A DNA stretch of 64,000 nt from Heterodontus francisci (taxonomy: Eukaryota): NCBI RefSeq assembly GCF_036365525.1, contig NC_090378.1, positions 120,575,593-120,639,592 of the forward strand, read 5' to 3'. Shown here piece after piece: positions 28,801-43,800 of this stretch. A program made the position numbers and the translations under genes. The notes below the pieces were generated by a model that was not told the origin of the DNA, did not search any database, and was given only the letters and a program-made list of their open reading frames with translations. Numbering within the stretch: the first letter of the stretch is position 1; every line of letters begins with the position of its first letter.

Positions 28801-31800
28801 TCCATTATTATATATTATATATAACTGTGGAACGTGTCAGTCGAGGAGGTGGGACTGTGCGTCCATTATTATATATTAAGTATAACTGTGGGATGTGTCA
28901 GTACAGGAGGTGGGACTGTGTGTCCATTATTATATATTATATATAAATGTGGGATGTGTCAGTGCAGGAGGTGGGACTGTGTGTCCATTATTATATATTA
29001 TATATAACTGTGGGATGTGTCAGTGCGGGAGGTGGGACTGTGTGTCCATGAACATATATTATATATAACTGTGGGATGTGTCAGTACAGGACGTGGGACT
29101 GTGAGCCCATTATTATATTTTCTAGATAACAGTGGGATGTGTCAGTACAGGGGGTGGGACTGTGTGTCCATTATTATATATTATATATAACTGTGGGATG
29201 TGTCAGTGCAGGAGGTGGGACTGTGTGTCCATTATTATATATTATATATAACTGAGGGATGTGTCAGGACAGGAGGTGGGACTGTGTGTCGATTATTATA
29301 TATTATATATAACTGTGGGATGTGTCAGAGCGGGAGGTGGGATTTTGTGTCCATTATTATATATAATATATAAATGTGGGATGTGTCAGTGCAGGAGGTG
29401 GGACTGTGTGTCCATTATTATCTATTATATATAACTGTGGGATGTGTCAGTGCGGGAGGTGGGACTGTGTGTCCATTATTATATATTATATATAACTGTG
29501 GGATGTGTCAGTGCGGGAGGTGGGACTGTGTGTCCATTATTATATATTATATATAACTGTGGGTTGTGTCAGTAGAGGAGGTGGGACTGTGAGTCCATTA
29601 TTATATATAATATATAATTGTGGGATGTGTCAGTGCAGGAGGTGGGACTGTGTGTCCAATATTATATATTATATATAACTGTGGGATGTGTCAGTGCGGG
29701 AGGTGGGACTGTGTGTCCATTATTATATATTATATATAACTGTGGAACGTGTCAGTGTGGGAGGTGGGACTATGCGTCCATTATTATATATTATATATAA
29801 CTGTGGAAAGTGTCAGTCGAGGAGGTGGGACTGTGTGTCCATTATTATATATTATATATAACTGTGGGATGTGTCAGTGCGGGAGGTGGGACTGTGTGTC
29901 CATTATTATATATTATATATAACTGTGGGATGTGTCAGTACAGGAGGTGGGACTGTGTGTCCAATATTATGTCTTATATATAACTGTGGGACGTGTCAGT
30001 CCAGGAGGTGGGACTGTGTGTCCATTATTATATATTAGATATAACTGTGGGATGTGTCAGTACAGGAGGTGGGACTGTGTGTCCATTATTATATATTAAA
30101 TATAACTGTGGGATGTGTCAGTACAGGAGGTGGGACTGTGTGTCCATTATTATATATTATATATAACTGAGGGATGTGTCAGGACAGGAGGTGGGACTGT
30201 GTGTCCATTATTATATATTATATATAACTGTGGGATGGGTCAGTGCGGGAGGTGGGACTGTGTGTCGATTATAATATATTATATACAACTGTGGGATGTG
30301 TCAGTACAGGAGGTGGGACTGTATGTCGATTATTATATATTATATATAACTGTGGGATGTGTCAGAGCGGGAGGTGGGATTTTGTGTCCATTATTATATA
30401 TAATATATAAATGTGGGATGTTTCAGTGCAGGAGGTGGGACTGTGTGTCCATTATTATCTATTATATATAACTGTGGGATGTGTCAGTGCGGGAGGTGGG
30501 ACTGTGTGTCCATTATTATATATTATATATAACTGTGGGTTGTGTCAGTAGAGGAGGTGGGACTGTGAGTCCATTATTATATATAATATATAATTGTGGG
30601 ATGTGTCAGTGCAGGAGGTGGGACTGTGTGTCCAATATTATATATTATATATAACTGTGGGATGTGTCAGTGCAGGAGGTGGGACTGTGTGTCCAATATT
30701 ATATATTATGTATAACTGTGGGTTGTGTCAGTAGAGGAGGTGGGACTGTGAGTCCATTATTATATATAATATATAATTGTGGGATGTGTCAGTGCAGGAG
30801 GTGGGACTGTGTGTCCAATATTATATATTATATATAACTGTGGGATGTGTCAGTGCGGGAGGTGGGACTGTGTGTCCATTATTATATATTATATATAACT
30901 GCGGAACGTGTCAGTGTGGGAGGTGGGACTATGCGTCCATTACTATATATTATATATAACTGTGGAAAGTGTCAGTCGAGGAGGTGGGACTGTGTGTCCA
31001 TTATGATATATTATATATAACTGTGGGATGTGTCAGTGCGGGAGGTGGGACTGTGTGTCCATTATTATATATTATATATAACTGTGGGATGTGTCAGTAC
31101 AGGAGGTGGGACTGTGTGTCCATTATTATATATTATATATAACTGTCGGATGTGTCAGTGCGGGAGGTGGGACTGTGTGTCCATTATTATATATTCTAGA
31201 TAACTGTCGGATGTGTCAGTACAGGAGGTGGGACTGTGTGTCCATTATTATATATCATATATAAATGTGGGATGTGTCAGTACAGGAGGTGGGACTGTGT
31301 GTCCATTATTATATATTATATATAACTGTGGGATGTGTCAGTGCAGGAGGTGGGACTGTGTGTCCATTATTATATATTATATATAACTGTCGGATGTGTC
31401 AGTGCGGGAGGTGGGACTGTGTGTCCATTATTATATATTCTGGATAACTGTCGGATGTGTCAGTACAGGAGGTGGGACTGTGTGTCCAATATTATGTCTT
31501 ATATATAACTGTGGGATGTGTCAGTGCGGGAGGTGGGACTGTGTGTCCATGAACATATATTATATATAACTGTGGGATGTGTCAGTACAGGACTTGGGAC
31601 TGTGAGCCCATTATTATATATTCTAGATAACAGTGGGATCTGTCAGGACAGGAGGTGGGGCTGTGTGTCCAATATTATATATTATATATAACTGTCGGAT
31701 GTGTCATAATGGGAGGTGGGACTGTGTTTCCAATATTATATATTATATATATCTGTGGAACGTGTCAGTCGAGGAGGTGGGACTGTGCGTCCATTATTAG

Positions 31801-34800
31801 ATATTATATATAACTGTGGGATGTATCAGTGCGGGAGGTGGGACTGTGTGTCCATTACTATATATTATATATAACTGTGGAACGTGTAAATCAAGGAGGT
31901 GGGACTGTCTCCATTATTATATATTATATATAACTGTGGAACGTGTCAGTCGAGGAGGTGGGACTGTGCGTCCCTTATTATATATTATATATAACTGTGG
32001 AAAGTGTCAGTCGAGGAGGTGGGACTGTGTGTCCATTATTATATATTATATATAACTGTGGGATGTGTCAGTGCGGGAGGTGGGACTGTGTGTCCATTAT
32101 TATATATTATATATAACTGTGGGATGTGTCAGTGCAGGAGGTGGGACTGTGTGTCCATTATTATATATTATATATAACTGTCGGATGTGTCAGTGCGGGA
32201 GGTGGGACTGTGTGTCCATTATTATATATTCTAGATAACTGTCGGATGTGTCAGTACAGGAGGTGGGACTGTGTGTCCATTATTATATATCATATATAAA
32301 TGTGGGATGTGTCAGTACAGGAGGTGGGACTGTGTGTCCATTATTATATATTATATATAACTGTGGGATGTGTCAGTGCAGGAGGTGGGACTGTGTGTCC
32401 ATTATTATATATTATATATAACTGTCGGATGTGTCAGTGCGGGAGGTGGGACTGTGTGTCCATTATTATATATTCTGGATAACTGTCGGATGTGTCAGTA
32501 CAGGAGGTGGGACTGTGTGTCCAATATTATGTCTTATATATAACTGTGGGATGTGTCAGTGCGGGAGGTGGGACTGTGTGTCCATGAACATATATTATAT
32601 ATAACTGTGGGATGTGTCAGTACAGGACTTGGGACTGTGAGCCCATTATTATATATTCTAGATAACAGTGGGATCTGTCAGGACAGGAGGTGGGGCTGTG
32701 TGTCCAATATTATATATTATATATAACTGTCGGATGTGTCATAATGGGAGGTGGGACTGTGTTTCCAATATTATATATTATATATATCTGTGGAACGTGT
32801 CAGTCGAGGAGGTGGGACTGTGCGTCCATTATTAGATATTATATATAACTGTGGGATGTATCAGTGCGGGAGGTGGGACTGTGTGTCCATTACTATATAT
32901 TATATATAACTGTGGAACGTGTAAATCAAGGAGGTGGGACTGTCTCCATTATTATATATTATATATAACTGTGGAACGTGTCAGTCGAGGAGGTGGGACT
33001 GTGCGTCCATTATTATATATTATATATAACTGTGGGATGTGTCAGTCGAGGAGGTGGGACTGTGTGTCCATTATTATATATTATATATAACTGTGGGATG
33101 TGTCAGTGCGGGAGGTGGGACTGTGTGTCCATTATTATATATTCTAGATAACTGTCGGATGTGTCAGTACAGGAGGTGGGACTGTGTGTCCATTATTATA
33201 TATCATATATAAATGTGGGATGTGTCAGTACAGGAGGTGGGACTGTGTGTCCATTATTATATATTATATATAACTGTGGGATGTGTCAGTGCAGGAGGTG
33301 GGACTGTGTGTCCATTATTATATATTATATATAACTGTCGGATGTGTCAGTGCGGGAGGTGGGACTGTGTGTCCATTATTATATATTCTGGATAACTGTC
33401 GGATGTGTCAGTACAGGAGGTGGGACTGTGTGTCCAATATTATGTCTTATATATAACTGTGGGATGTGTCAGTGCGGGAGGTGGGACTGTGTGTCCATGA
33501 ACATATATTATATATAACTGTGGGATGTGTCAGTACAGGACTTGGGACTGTGAGCCCATTATTATATATTCTAGATAACAGTGGGATCTGTCAGGACAGG
33601 AGGTGGGGCTGTGTGTCCAATATTATATATTATATATAACTGTCGGATGTGTCATAATGGGAGGTGGGACTGTGTTTCCAATATTATATATTATATATAA
33701 CTGTGGAACGTGTCAGTCGAGGAGGTGGGACTGTGCGTCCATTATTATATATTATATATAACTGTGGAACGTGTCAGTCGAGGAGGTGGTACTGTGCGTC
33801 CATTATTATATATTATATGTAACTGTGGGATGTGTCAGTGCGGGAGGTGGGACTGTCTGTCCATTATTATATATTATATATAACTGTGGAACGTGTCAGT
33901 CGAGGAGGTGGGACTGTGTGTCCATTATTATATATTATATATAACTGTGGGATGTGTCAGTGCGGGAGGTGGGACTGTGTGTCCATTACTATATATTATA
34001 TATAACTGTGGAAGGTGTAAATCAAGGAGGTGGGACTGTCTCCATTATTATATATTATATATAACTGTGGAACGTGTCAGTCGAGGAGGTGGGACTGTGC
34101 GTCCCTTATTATATATTATATATAACTGTGGAAAGTGTCAGTCGAGGAGGTGGGACTGTGTGTCCATTATTATATATTATATATAACTGTGGGATGTGTC
34201 AGTGCGGGAGGTGGGACTGTGTGTCCATTATTATATGTTATATATAACTGTGGAATGTGTCAGTACAGGAGGTGGGACTGTGTGTCCATTATTATATATT
34301 ATATATAACTGTGGAACGTGTCAGTCGAGGAGGTGGGACTGTGCGTCCATTATTATATATTAAGTATAACTGTGGGATGTGTCAGTACAGGAGGTGGGAC
34401 TGTGTGTCCATTATTATATATTATATATAAATGTGGGATGTGTCAGTGCAGGAGGTGGGACTGTGTGTCCATTATTATATATTATATATAACTGTGGGAT
34501 GTGTCAGTGCGGGAGGTGGGACTGTGTGTCCATGAACATATATTATATATAACTGTGGGATGTGTCAGTACAGGACGTGGGACTGTGAGCCCATTATTAT
34601 ATTTTCTAGATAACAGTGGGATGTGTCAGTACAGGGGGTGGGACTGTGTGTCCATTATTATATATTATATATAACTGTGGGATGTGTCAGTGCAGGAGGT
34701 GGGACTGTGTGTCCATTATTATATATTATATATAACTGAGGGATGTGTCAGGACAGGAGGTGGGACTGTGTGTCGATTATTATATATTATATATAACTGT

Positions 34801-37800
34801 GGGATGTGTCAGAGCGGGAGGTGGGATTTTGTGTCCATTATTATATATAATATATAAATGTGGGATGTGTCAGTGCAGGAGGTGGGACTGTGTGTCCATT
34901 ATTATCTATTATATATAACTGTGGGATGTGTCAGTGCGGGAGGTGGGACTGTGTGTCCATTATTATATATTATATATAACTGTGGGATGTGTCAGTGCGG
35001 GAGGTGGGACTGTGTGTCCATTATTATATATTATATATAACTGTGGGTTGTGTCAGTAGAGGAGGTGGGACTGTGAGTCCATTATTATATATAATATATA
35101 ATTGTGGGATGTGTCAGTGCAGGAGGTGGGACTGTGTGTCCAATATTATATATTATATATAACTGTGGGATGTGTCAGTGCGGGAGGTGGGACTGTGTGT
35201 CCATTATTATATATTATATATAACTGTGGAACGTGTCAGTGTGGGAGGTGGGACTATGCGTCCATTATTATATATTATATATAACTGTGGAAAGTGTCAG
35301 TCGAGGAGGTGGGACTGTGTGTCCATTATTATATATTAGATATAACTGTGGGATGTGTCAGTACAGGAGGTGGGACTGTGTGTCCATTATTATATATTAA
35401 ATATAACTGTGGGATGTGTCAGTACAGGAGGTGGGACTGTGTGTCCATTATTATATATTATATATAACTGAGGGATGTGTCAGGACAGGAGGTGGGACTG
35501 TGTGTCCATTATTATATATTATATATAACTGTGGGATGGGTCAGTGCGGGAGGTGGGACTGTGTGTCGATTATAATATATTATATACAACTGTGGGATGT
35601 GTCAGTACAGGAGGTGGGACTGTATGTCGATTATTATATATTATATATAACTGTGGGATGTGTCAGAGCGGGAGGTGGGATTTTGTGTCCATTATTATAT
35701 ATAATATATAAATGTGGGATGTTTCAGTGCAGGAGGTGGGACTGTGTGTCCATTATTATCTATTATATATAACTGTGGGATGTGTCAGTGCGGGAGGTGG
35801 GACTGTGTGTCCATTATTATATATTATATATAACTGTGGGTTGTGTCAGTAGAGGAGGTGGGACTGTGAGTCCATTATTATATATAATATATAATTGTGG
35901 GATGTGTCAGTGCAGGAGGTGGGACTGTGTGTCCAATATTATATATTATATATAACTGTGGGATGTGTCAGTGCAGGAGGTGGGACTGTGTGTCCAATAT
36001 TATATATTATGTATAACTGTGGGTTGTGTCAGTAGAGGAGGTGGGACTGTGAGTCCATTATTATATATAATATATAATTGTGGGATGTGTCAGTGCAGGA
36101 GGTGGGACTGTGTGTCCAATATTATATATTATATATAACTGTGGGATGTGTCAGTGCGGGAGGTGGGACTGTGTGTCCATTATTATATATTATATATAAC
36201 TGCGGAACGTGTCAGTGTGGGAGGTGGGACTATGCGTCCATTACTATATATTATATATAACTGTGGAAAGTGTCAGTCGAGGAGGTGGGACTGTGTGTCC
36301 ATTATGATATATTATATATAACTGTGGGATGTGTCAGTGCGGGAGGTGGGACTGTGTGTCCATTATTATATATTATATATAACTGTGGGATGTGTCAGTA
36401 CAGGAGGTGGGACTGTGTGTCCATTATTATATATTATATATAACTGTCGGATGTGTCAGTGCGGGAGGTGGGACTGTGTGTCCATTATTATATATTCTAG
36501 ATAACTGTCGGATGTGTCAGTACAGGAGGTGGGACTGTGTGTCCATTATTATATATCATATATAAATGTGGGATGTGTCAGTACAGGAGGTGGGACTGTG
36601 TGTCCATTATTATATATTATATATAACTGTGGGATGTGTCAGTGCAGGAGGTGGGACTGTGTGTCCATTATTATATATTATATATAACTGTCGGATGTGT
36701 CAGTGCGGGAGGTGGGACTGTGTGTCCATTATTATATATTCTGGATAACTGTCGGATGTGTCAGTACAGGAGGTGGGACTGTGTGTCCAATATTATGTCT
36801 TATATATAACTGTGGGATGTGTCAGTGCGGGAGGTGGGACTGTGTGTCCATGAACATATATTATATATAACTGTGGGATGTGTCAGTACAGGACTTGGGA
36901 CTGTGAGCCCATTATTATATATTCTAGATAACAGTGGGATCTGTCAGGACAGGAGGTGGGGCTGTGTGTCCAATATTATATATTATATATAACTGTCGGA
37001 TGTGTCATAATGGGAGGTGGGACTGTGTTTCCAATATTATATATTATATATATCTGTGGAACGTGTCAGTCGAGGAGGTGGGACTGTGCGTCCATTATTA
37101 GATATTATATATAACTGTGGGATGTATCAGTGCGGGAGGTGGGACTGTGTGTCCATTACTATATATTATATATAACTGTGGAACGTGTAAATCAAGGAGG
37201 TGGGACTGTCTCCATTATTATATATTATATATAACTGTGGAACGTGTCAGTCGAGGAGGTGGGACTGTGCGTCCCTTATTATATATTATATATAACTGTG
37301 GAAAGTGTCAGTCGAGGAGGTGGGACTGTGTGTCCATTATTATATATTATATATAACTGTGGGATGTGTCAGTGCGGGAGGTGGGACTGTGTGTCCATTA
37401 TTATATATTCTAGATAACTGTCGGATGTGTCAGTACAGGAGGTGGGACTGTGTGTCCATTATTATATATCATATATAAATGTGGGATGTGTCAGTACAGG
37501 AGGTGGGACTGTGTGTCCATTATTATATATTATATATAACTGTGGGATGTGTCAGTGCAGGAGGTGGGACTGTGTGTCCATTATTATATATTATATATAA
37601 CTGTCGGATGTGTCAGTGCGGGAGGTGGGACTGTGTGTCCATTATTATATATTCTGGATAACTGTCGGATGTGTCAGTACAGGAGGTGGGACTGTGTGTC
37701 CAATATTATGTCTTATATATAACTGTGGGATGTGTCAGTGCGGGAGGTGGGACTGTGTGTCCATGAACATATATTATATATAACTGTGGGATGTGTCAGT

Positions 37801-40800
37801 ACAGGACTTGGGACTGTGAGCCCATTATTATATATTCTAGATAACAGTGGGATCTGTCAGGACAGGAGGTGGGGCTGTGTGTCCAATATTATATATTATA
37901 TATAACTGTCGGATGTGTCATAATGGGAGGTGGGACTGTGTTTCCAATATTATATATTATATATATCTGTGGAACGTGTCAGTCGAGGAGGTGGGACTGT
38001 GCGTCCATTATTAGATATTATATATAACTGTGGGATGTGTCAGTGCGGGAGGTGGGACTGTGTGTCCATTATTATATATTATATATAACTGTGGGATGTG
38101 TCAGTACAGGAGGTGGGACTGTGTGTCCAATATTATGTCTTATATATAACTGTGGGACGTGTCAGTCCAGGAGGTGGGACTGTGTGTCCATTATTATATA
38201 TTAGATATAACTGTGGGATGTGTCAGTACAGGAGGTGGGACTGTGTGTCCATTATTATATATTAAATATAACTGTGGGATGTGTCAGTACAGGAGGTGGG
38301 ACTGTGTGTCCATTATTATATATTATATATAACTGAGGGATGTGTCAGGACAGGAGGTGGGACTGTGTGTCCATTATTATATATTATATATAACTGTGGG
38401 ATGGGTCAGTGCGGGAGGTGGGACTGTGTGTCGATTATAATATATTATATACAACTGTGGGATGTGTCAGTACAGGAGGTGGGACTGTATGTCGATTATT
38501 ATATATTATATATAACTGTGGGATGTGTCAGAGCGGGAGGTGGGATTTTGTGTCCATTATTATATATAATATATAAATGTGGGATGTTTCAGTGCAGGAG
38601 GTGGGACTGTGTGTCCATTATTATCTATTATATATAACTGTGGGATGTGTCAGTGCGGGAGGTGGGACTGTGTGTCCATTATTATATATTATATATAACT
38701 GTGGGTTGTGTCAGTAGAGGAGGTGGGACTGTGAGTCCATTATTATATATAATATATAATTGTGGGATGTGTCAGTGCAGGAGGTGGGACTGTGTGTCCA
38801 ATATTATATATTATATATAACTGTGGGATGTGTCAGTGCAGGAGGTGGGACTGTGTGTCCAATATTATATATTATGTATAACTGTGGGTTGTGTCAGTAG
38901 AGGAGGTGGGACTGTGAGTCCATTATTATATATAATATATAATTGTGGGATGTGTCAGTGCAGGAGGTGGGACTGTGTGTCCAATATTATATATTATATA
39001 TAACTGTGGGATGTGTCAGTGCGGGAGGTGGGACTGTGTGTCCATTATTATATATTATATATAACTGCGGAACGTGTCAGTGTGGGAGGTGGGACTATGC
39101 GTCCATTACTATATATTATATATAACTGTGGAAAGTGTCAGTCGAGGAGGTGGGACTGTGTGTCCATTATGATATATTATATATAACTGTGGGATGTGTC
39201 AGTGCGGGAGGTGGGACTGTGTGTCCATTATTATATATTATATATAACTGTGGGATGTGTCAGTACAGGAGGTGGGACTGTGTGTCCATTATTATATATT
39301 ATATATAACTGTCGGATGTGTCAGTGCGGGAGGTGGGACTGTGTGTCCATTATTATATATTCTAGATAACTGTCGGATGTGTCAGTACAGGAGGTGGGAC
39401 TGTGTGTCCATTATTATATATCATATATAAATGTGGGATGTGTCAGTACAGGAGGTGGGACTGTGTGTCCATTATTATATATTATATATAACTGTGGGAT
39501 GTGTCAGTGCAGGAGGTGGGACTGTGTGTCCATTATTATATATTATATATAACTGTCGGATGTGTCAGTGCGGGAGGTGGGACTGTGTGTCCATTATTAT
39601 ATATTCTGGATAACTGTCGGATGTGTCAGTACAGGAGGTGGGACTGTGTGTCCAATATTATGTCTTATATATAACTGTGGGATGTGTCAGTGCGGGAGGT
39701 GGGACTGTGTGTCCATGAACATATATTATATATAACTGTGGGATGTGTCAGTACAGGACTTGGGACTGTGAGCCCATTATTATATATTCTAGATAACAGT
39801 GGGATCTGTCAGGACAGGAGGTGGGGCTGTGTGTCCAATATTATATATTATATATAACTGTCGGATGTGTCATAATGGGAGGTGGGACTGTGTTTCCAAT
39901 ATTATATATTATATATATCTGTGGAACGTGTCAGTCGAGGAGGTGGGACTGTGCGTCCATTATTAGATATTATATATAACTGTGGGATGTATCAGTGCGG
40001 GAGGTGGGACTGTGTGTCCATTACTATATATTATATATAACTGTGGAACGTGTAAATCAAGGAGGTGGGACTGTCTCCATTATTATATATTATATATAAC
40101 TGTGGAACGTGTCAGTCGAGGAGGTGGGACTGTGCGTCCCTTATTATATATTATATATAACTGTGGAAAGTGTCAGTCGAGGAGGTGGGACTGTGTGTCC
40201 ATTATTATATATTATATATAACTGTGGGATGTGTCAGTGCGGGAGGTGGGACTGTGTGTCCATTATTATATATTCTAGATAACTGTCGGATGTGTCAGTA
40301 CAGGAGGTGGGACTGTGTGTCCATTATTATATATCATATATAAATGTGGGATGTGTCAGTACAGGAGGTGGGACTGTGTGTCCATTATTATATATTATAT
40401 ATAACTGTGGGATGTGTCAGTGCAGGAGGTGGGACTGTGTGTCCATTATTATATATTATATATAACTGTCGGATGTGTCAGTGCGGGAGGTGGGACTGTG
40501 TGTCCATTATTATATATTCTGGATAACTGTCGGATGTGTCAGTACAGGAGGTGGGACTGTGTGTCCAATATTATGTCTTATATATAACTGTGGGATGTGT
40601 CAGTGCGGGAGGTGGGACTGTGTGTCCATGAACATATATTATATATAACTGTGGGATGTGTCAGTACAGGACTTGGGACTGTGAGCCCATTATTATATAT
40701 TCTAGATAACAGTGGGATCTGTCAGGACAGGAGGTGGGGCTGTGTGTCCAATATTATATATTATATATAACTGTCGGATGTGTCATAATGGGAGGTGGGA

Positions 40801-43800
40801 CTGTGTTTCCAATATTATATATTATATATAACTGTGGAACGTGTCAGTCGAGGAGGTGGGACTGTGCGTCCATTATTATATATTATATATAACTGTGGAA
40901 CGTGTCAGTCGAGGAGGTGGTACTGTGCGTCCATTATTATATATTATATGTAACTGTGGGATGTGTCAGTGCGGGAGGTGGGACTGTCTGTCCATTATTA
41001 TATATTATATATAACTGTGGAACGTGTCAGTCGAGGAGGTGGGACTGTGTGTCCATTATTATATATTATATATAACTGTGGGATGTGTCAGTGCGGGAGG
41101 TGGGACTGTGTGTCCATTACTATATATTATATATAACTGTGGAAGGTGTAAATCAAGGAGGTGGGACTGTCTCCATTATTATATATTATATATAACTGTG
41201 GAACGTGTCAGTCGAGGAGGTGGGACTGTGCGTCCCTTATTATATATTATATATAACTGTGGAAAGTGTCAGTCGAGGAGGTGGGACTGTGTGTCCATTA
41301 TTATATATTATATATAACTGTGGGATGTGTCAGTGCGGGAGGTGGGACTGTGTGTCCATTATTATATGTTATATATAACTGTGGAATGTGTCAGTACAGG
41401 AGGTGGGACTGTGTGTCCATTATTATATATTATATATAACTGTGGAACGTGTCAGTCGAGGAGGTGGGACTGTGCGTCCATTATTATATATTATATATAA
41501 CTGTGGGATGTGTCAGTGCGGGAGGTGGGACTGTGTGTCCATTATTATATATCATATATAAATGTGGGATGTGTCAGTGCAGGAGGTGGGACTGTGTGTC
41601 CATTATTATATATTATATATAACTGTCGGATGTGTCAGTGCGGGAGGTGGGACTGTGTGTCCATTATTATATATTCTAGATAACTGTCGGATGTGTCAGT
41701 ACAGGAGGTGGGACTGTGTGTCCAATATTATGTCTTATATATAACTGTGGGATGTGTCAGTACAGGACGTGGGACTGTGAGCCCATTATTATATATTCTA
41801 GATAACAGTGGGATCTGTCAGGACAGGAGGTGGGGCTCTGTGTCCATTATTATATATTATATATAACTGTGGGATGCGTCAGTACAGGAGGTGGGACTGT
41901 GTCTCCATTATTATATATTATATATAACTGTGGGATGCGTCAGTACAGGAGGTGGGACTGTGTGTCCATTATTATATATTATATATAACTTTGGGATGTG
42001 TCAGTGCGGGAGGTGGGACTGTGTGTCCATTATTATATATTATATATAACTGTGGGATGTGTCAGTACAGGAGGTGGGACTGTGTATTCATTATGATATA
42101 TTATATATAACTGTGGGACGTGTCAGTGCAGGGCTTGGGACTGTGTATCCATTATTATATATTATATATAACTGTGGGATGTGTCAGTACAGGAGGTGGG
42201 ACTGTGTGTCCATTATTATATATTATATATAACTGTGGGACGTGTCAGTGCAGGGGTTGGGACTGTGTATCCATTATTATATATCATATATAACTGTGGG
42301 ATGTGTCAGTACAGGAGGTGGGACTGTGTGTCCATTATTATATATTATATATAACTGTGGGATGTGTCAGTACAGGAGGTGGGACTGTGTGTCCATTATT
42401 ATATATTATATATAACTGTGGGATGTGTCAGTACAGGAGGTGGGACTGTGTATCCATTATTATATATTATATATAACTGTGGGATGTGTCAGTACAGGAG
42501 GTGGGACTGTGTCTCCATTATTATATATTATATATAACTGTGGGATGTGTCAGTGCGGGAGGTGGGACTGTGTGTCCATTATTATATATTATATATAACT
42601 GTGGGATGTGTCAGTACAGGAGGTGGGACTGTGTGTTCATTATGATATATTATATATAACTGTGGGACGTGTCAGTGCAGGGCTTGGGACTGTGTATCCA
42701 TTATTATACATTATATATAACTGTGGGATGTGTCAGAACAGGAGGTGGGACTGTGTGTCCATTATTATATATTATATATAACTGTGGGACGTGTCAGTAC
42801 AGGAGGTGGGACTGTGTGTCCATTATTATATATTATATATAACTGTGGGATGTGTCAGTACAGGAGGTGGGACTGTGTGTCCATTATTATACATTATATA
42901 TAACTGTGGGATGTGTCAGTACAGGAGGTGGGACTGTGTGTCCATTATTATACATTATCTATAACTGTGGGATGTGTCAGTGCGGGAGGTGGGACTGTGC
43001 ATCCATTATTATATATTATATATAACAGTGGAACGTGTCAGTCGAGGAGGTGGGACTGTGCGTCCCTTATTATATATTATCTATAACTGTGGGATGTGTC
43101 AGTGCGGGAGGTGGGACTGTGCGTCCCATATTATATATTATATATAACAGTGGAACGTGTCAGTCGAGGAGGTGGGACTGTGCGTCCCTTATTATATATT
43201 ATATATAACTGTGGAACGTGTTAGTCGAGGAGGTGGGACTGTGCGTCCCTAATTATATATTATATATAACTGTGGAACGTGTCAGTCGAGGAGGTGGGAC
43301 TGTGCGTCCCTAATTATATATTATATATAACTGTGGAACGTGTCAGTCGAGGAGGTGGGACTGTGCATCCATTATTATATATTATATATAACTGTGGGAT
43401 GTGTCAGTGCGGGAGGTGGGACTGTGTGTCCATTATTATATATTATATATAACTGTGGAACGTGTCAGTCGAGGAGGTGGGACTGTGTGTCCATTATTAT
43501 ATATTATATTTAACTGTGGGATGTGTCAGTACAGGAGGTGGGACTGTGTGTCCATTATTATATATTATATATAACTGTGGGATGTGTCAGTGCGGGAGGT
43601 GGGACTGTGTGTCCATTATTATATATTATATATAACTGTGGGATGTGTCAGTGCGGGAGGTGGGACTGTGTGTCCATTATTATATATTATATATAACTGT
43701 GGAACGTGTCAGTCGAGGAGGTGGGACTGTGCATCCATTATTATATATTATATATAACTGTGGGATGTGTCAGTGCGGGAGGTGGGACTGTGTGTCCATT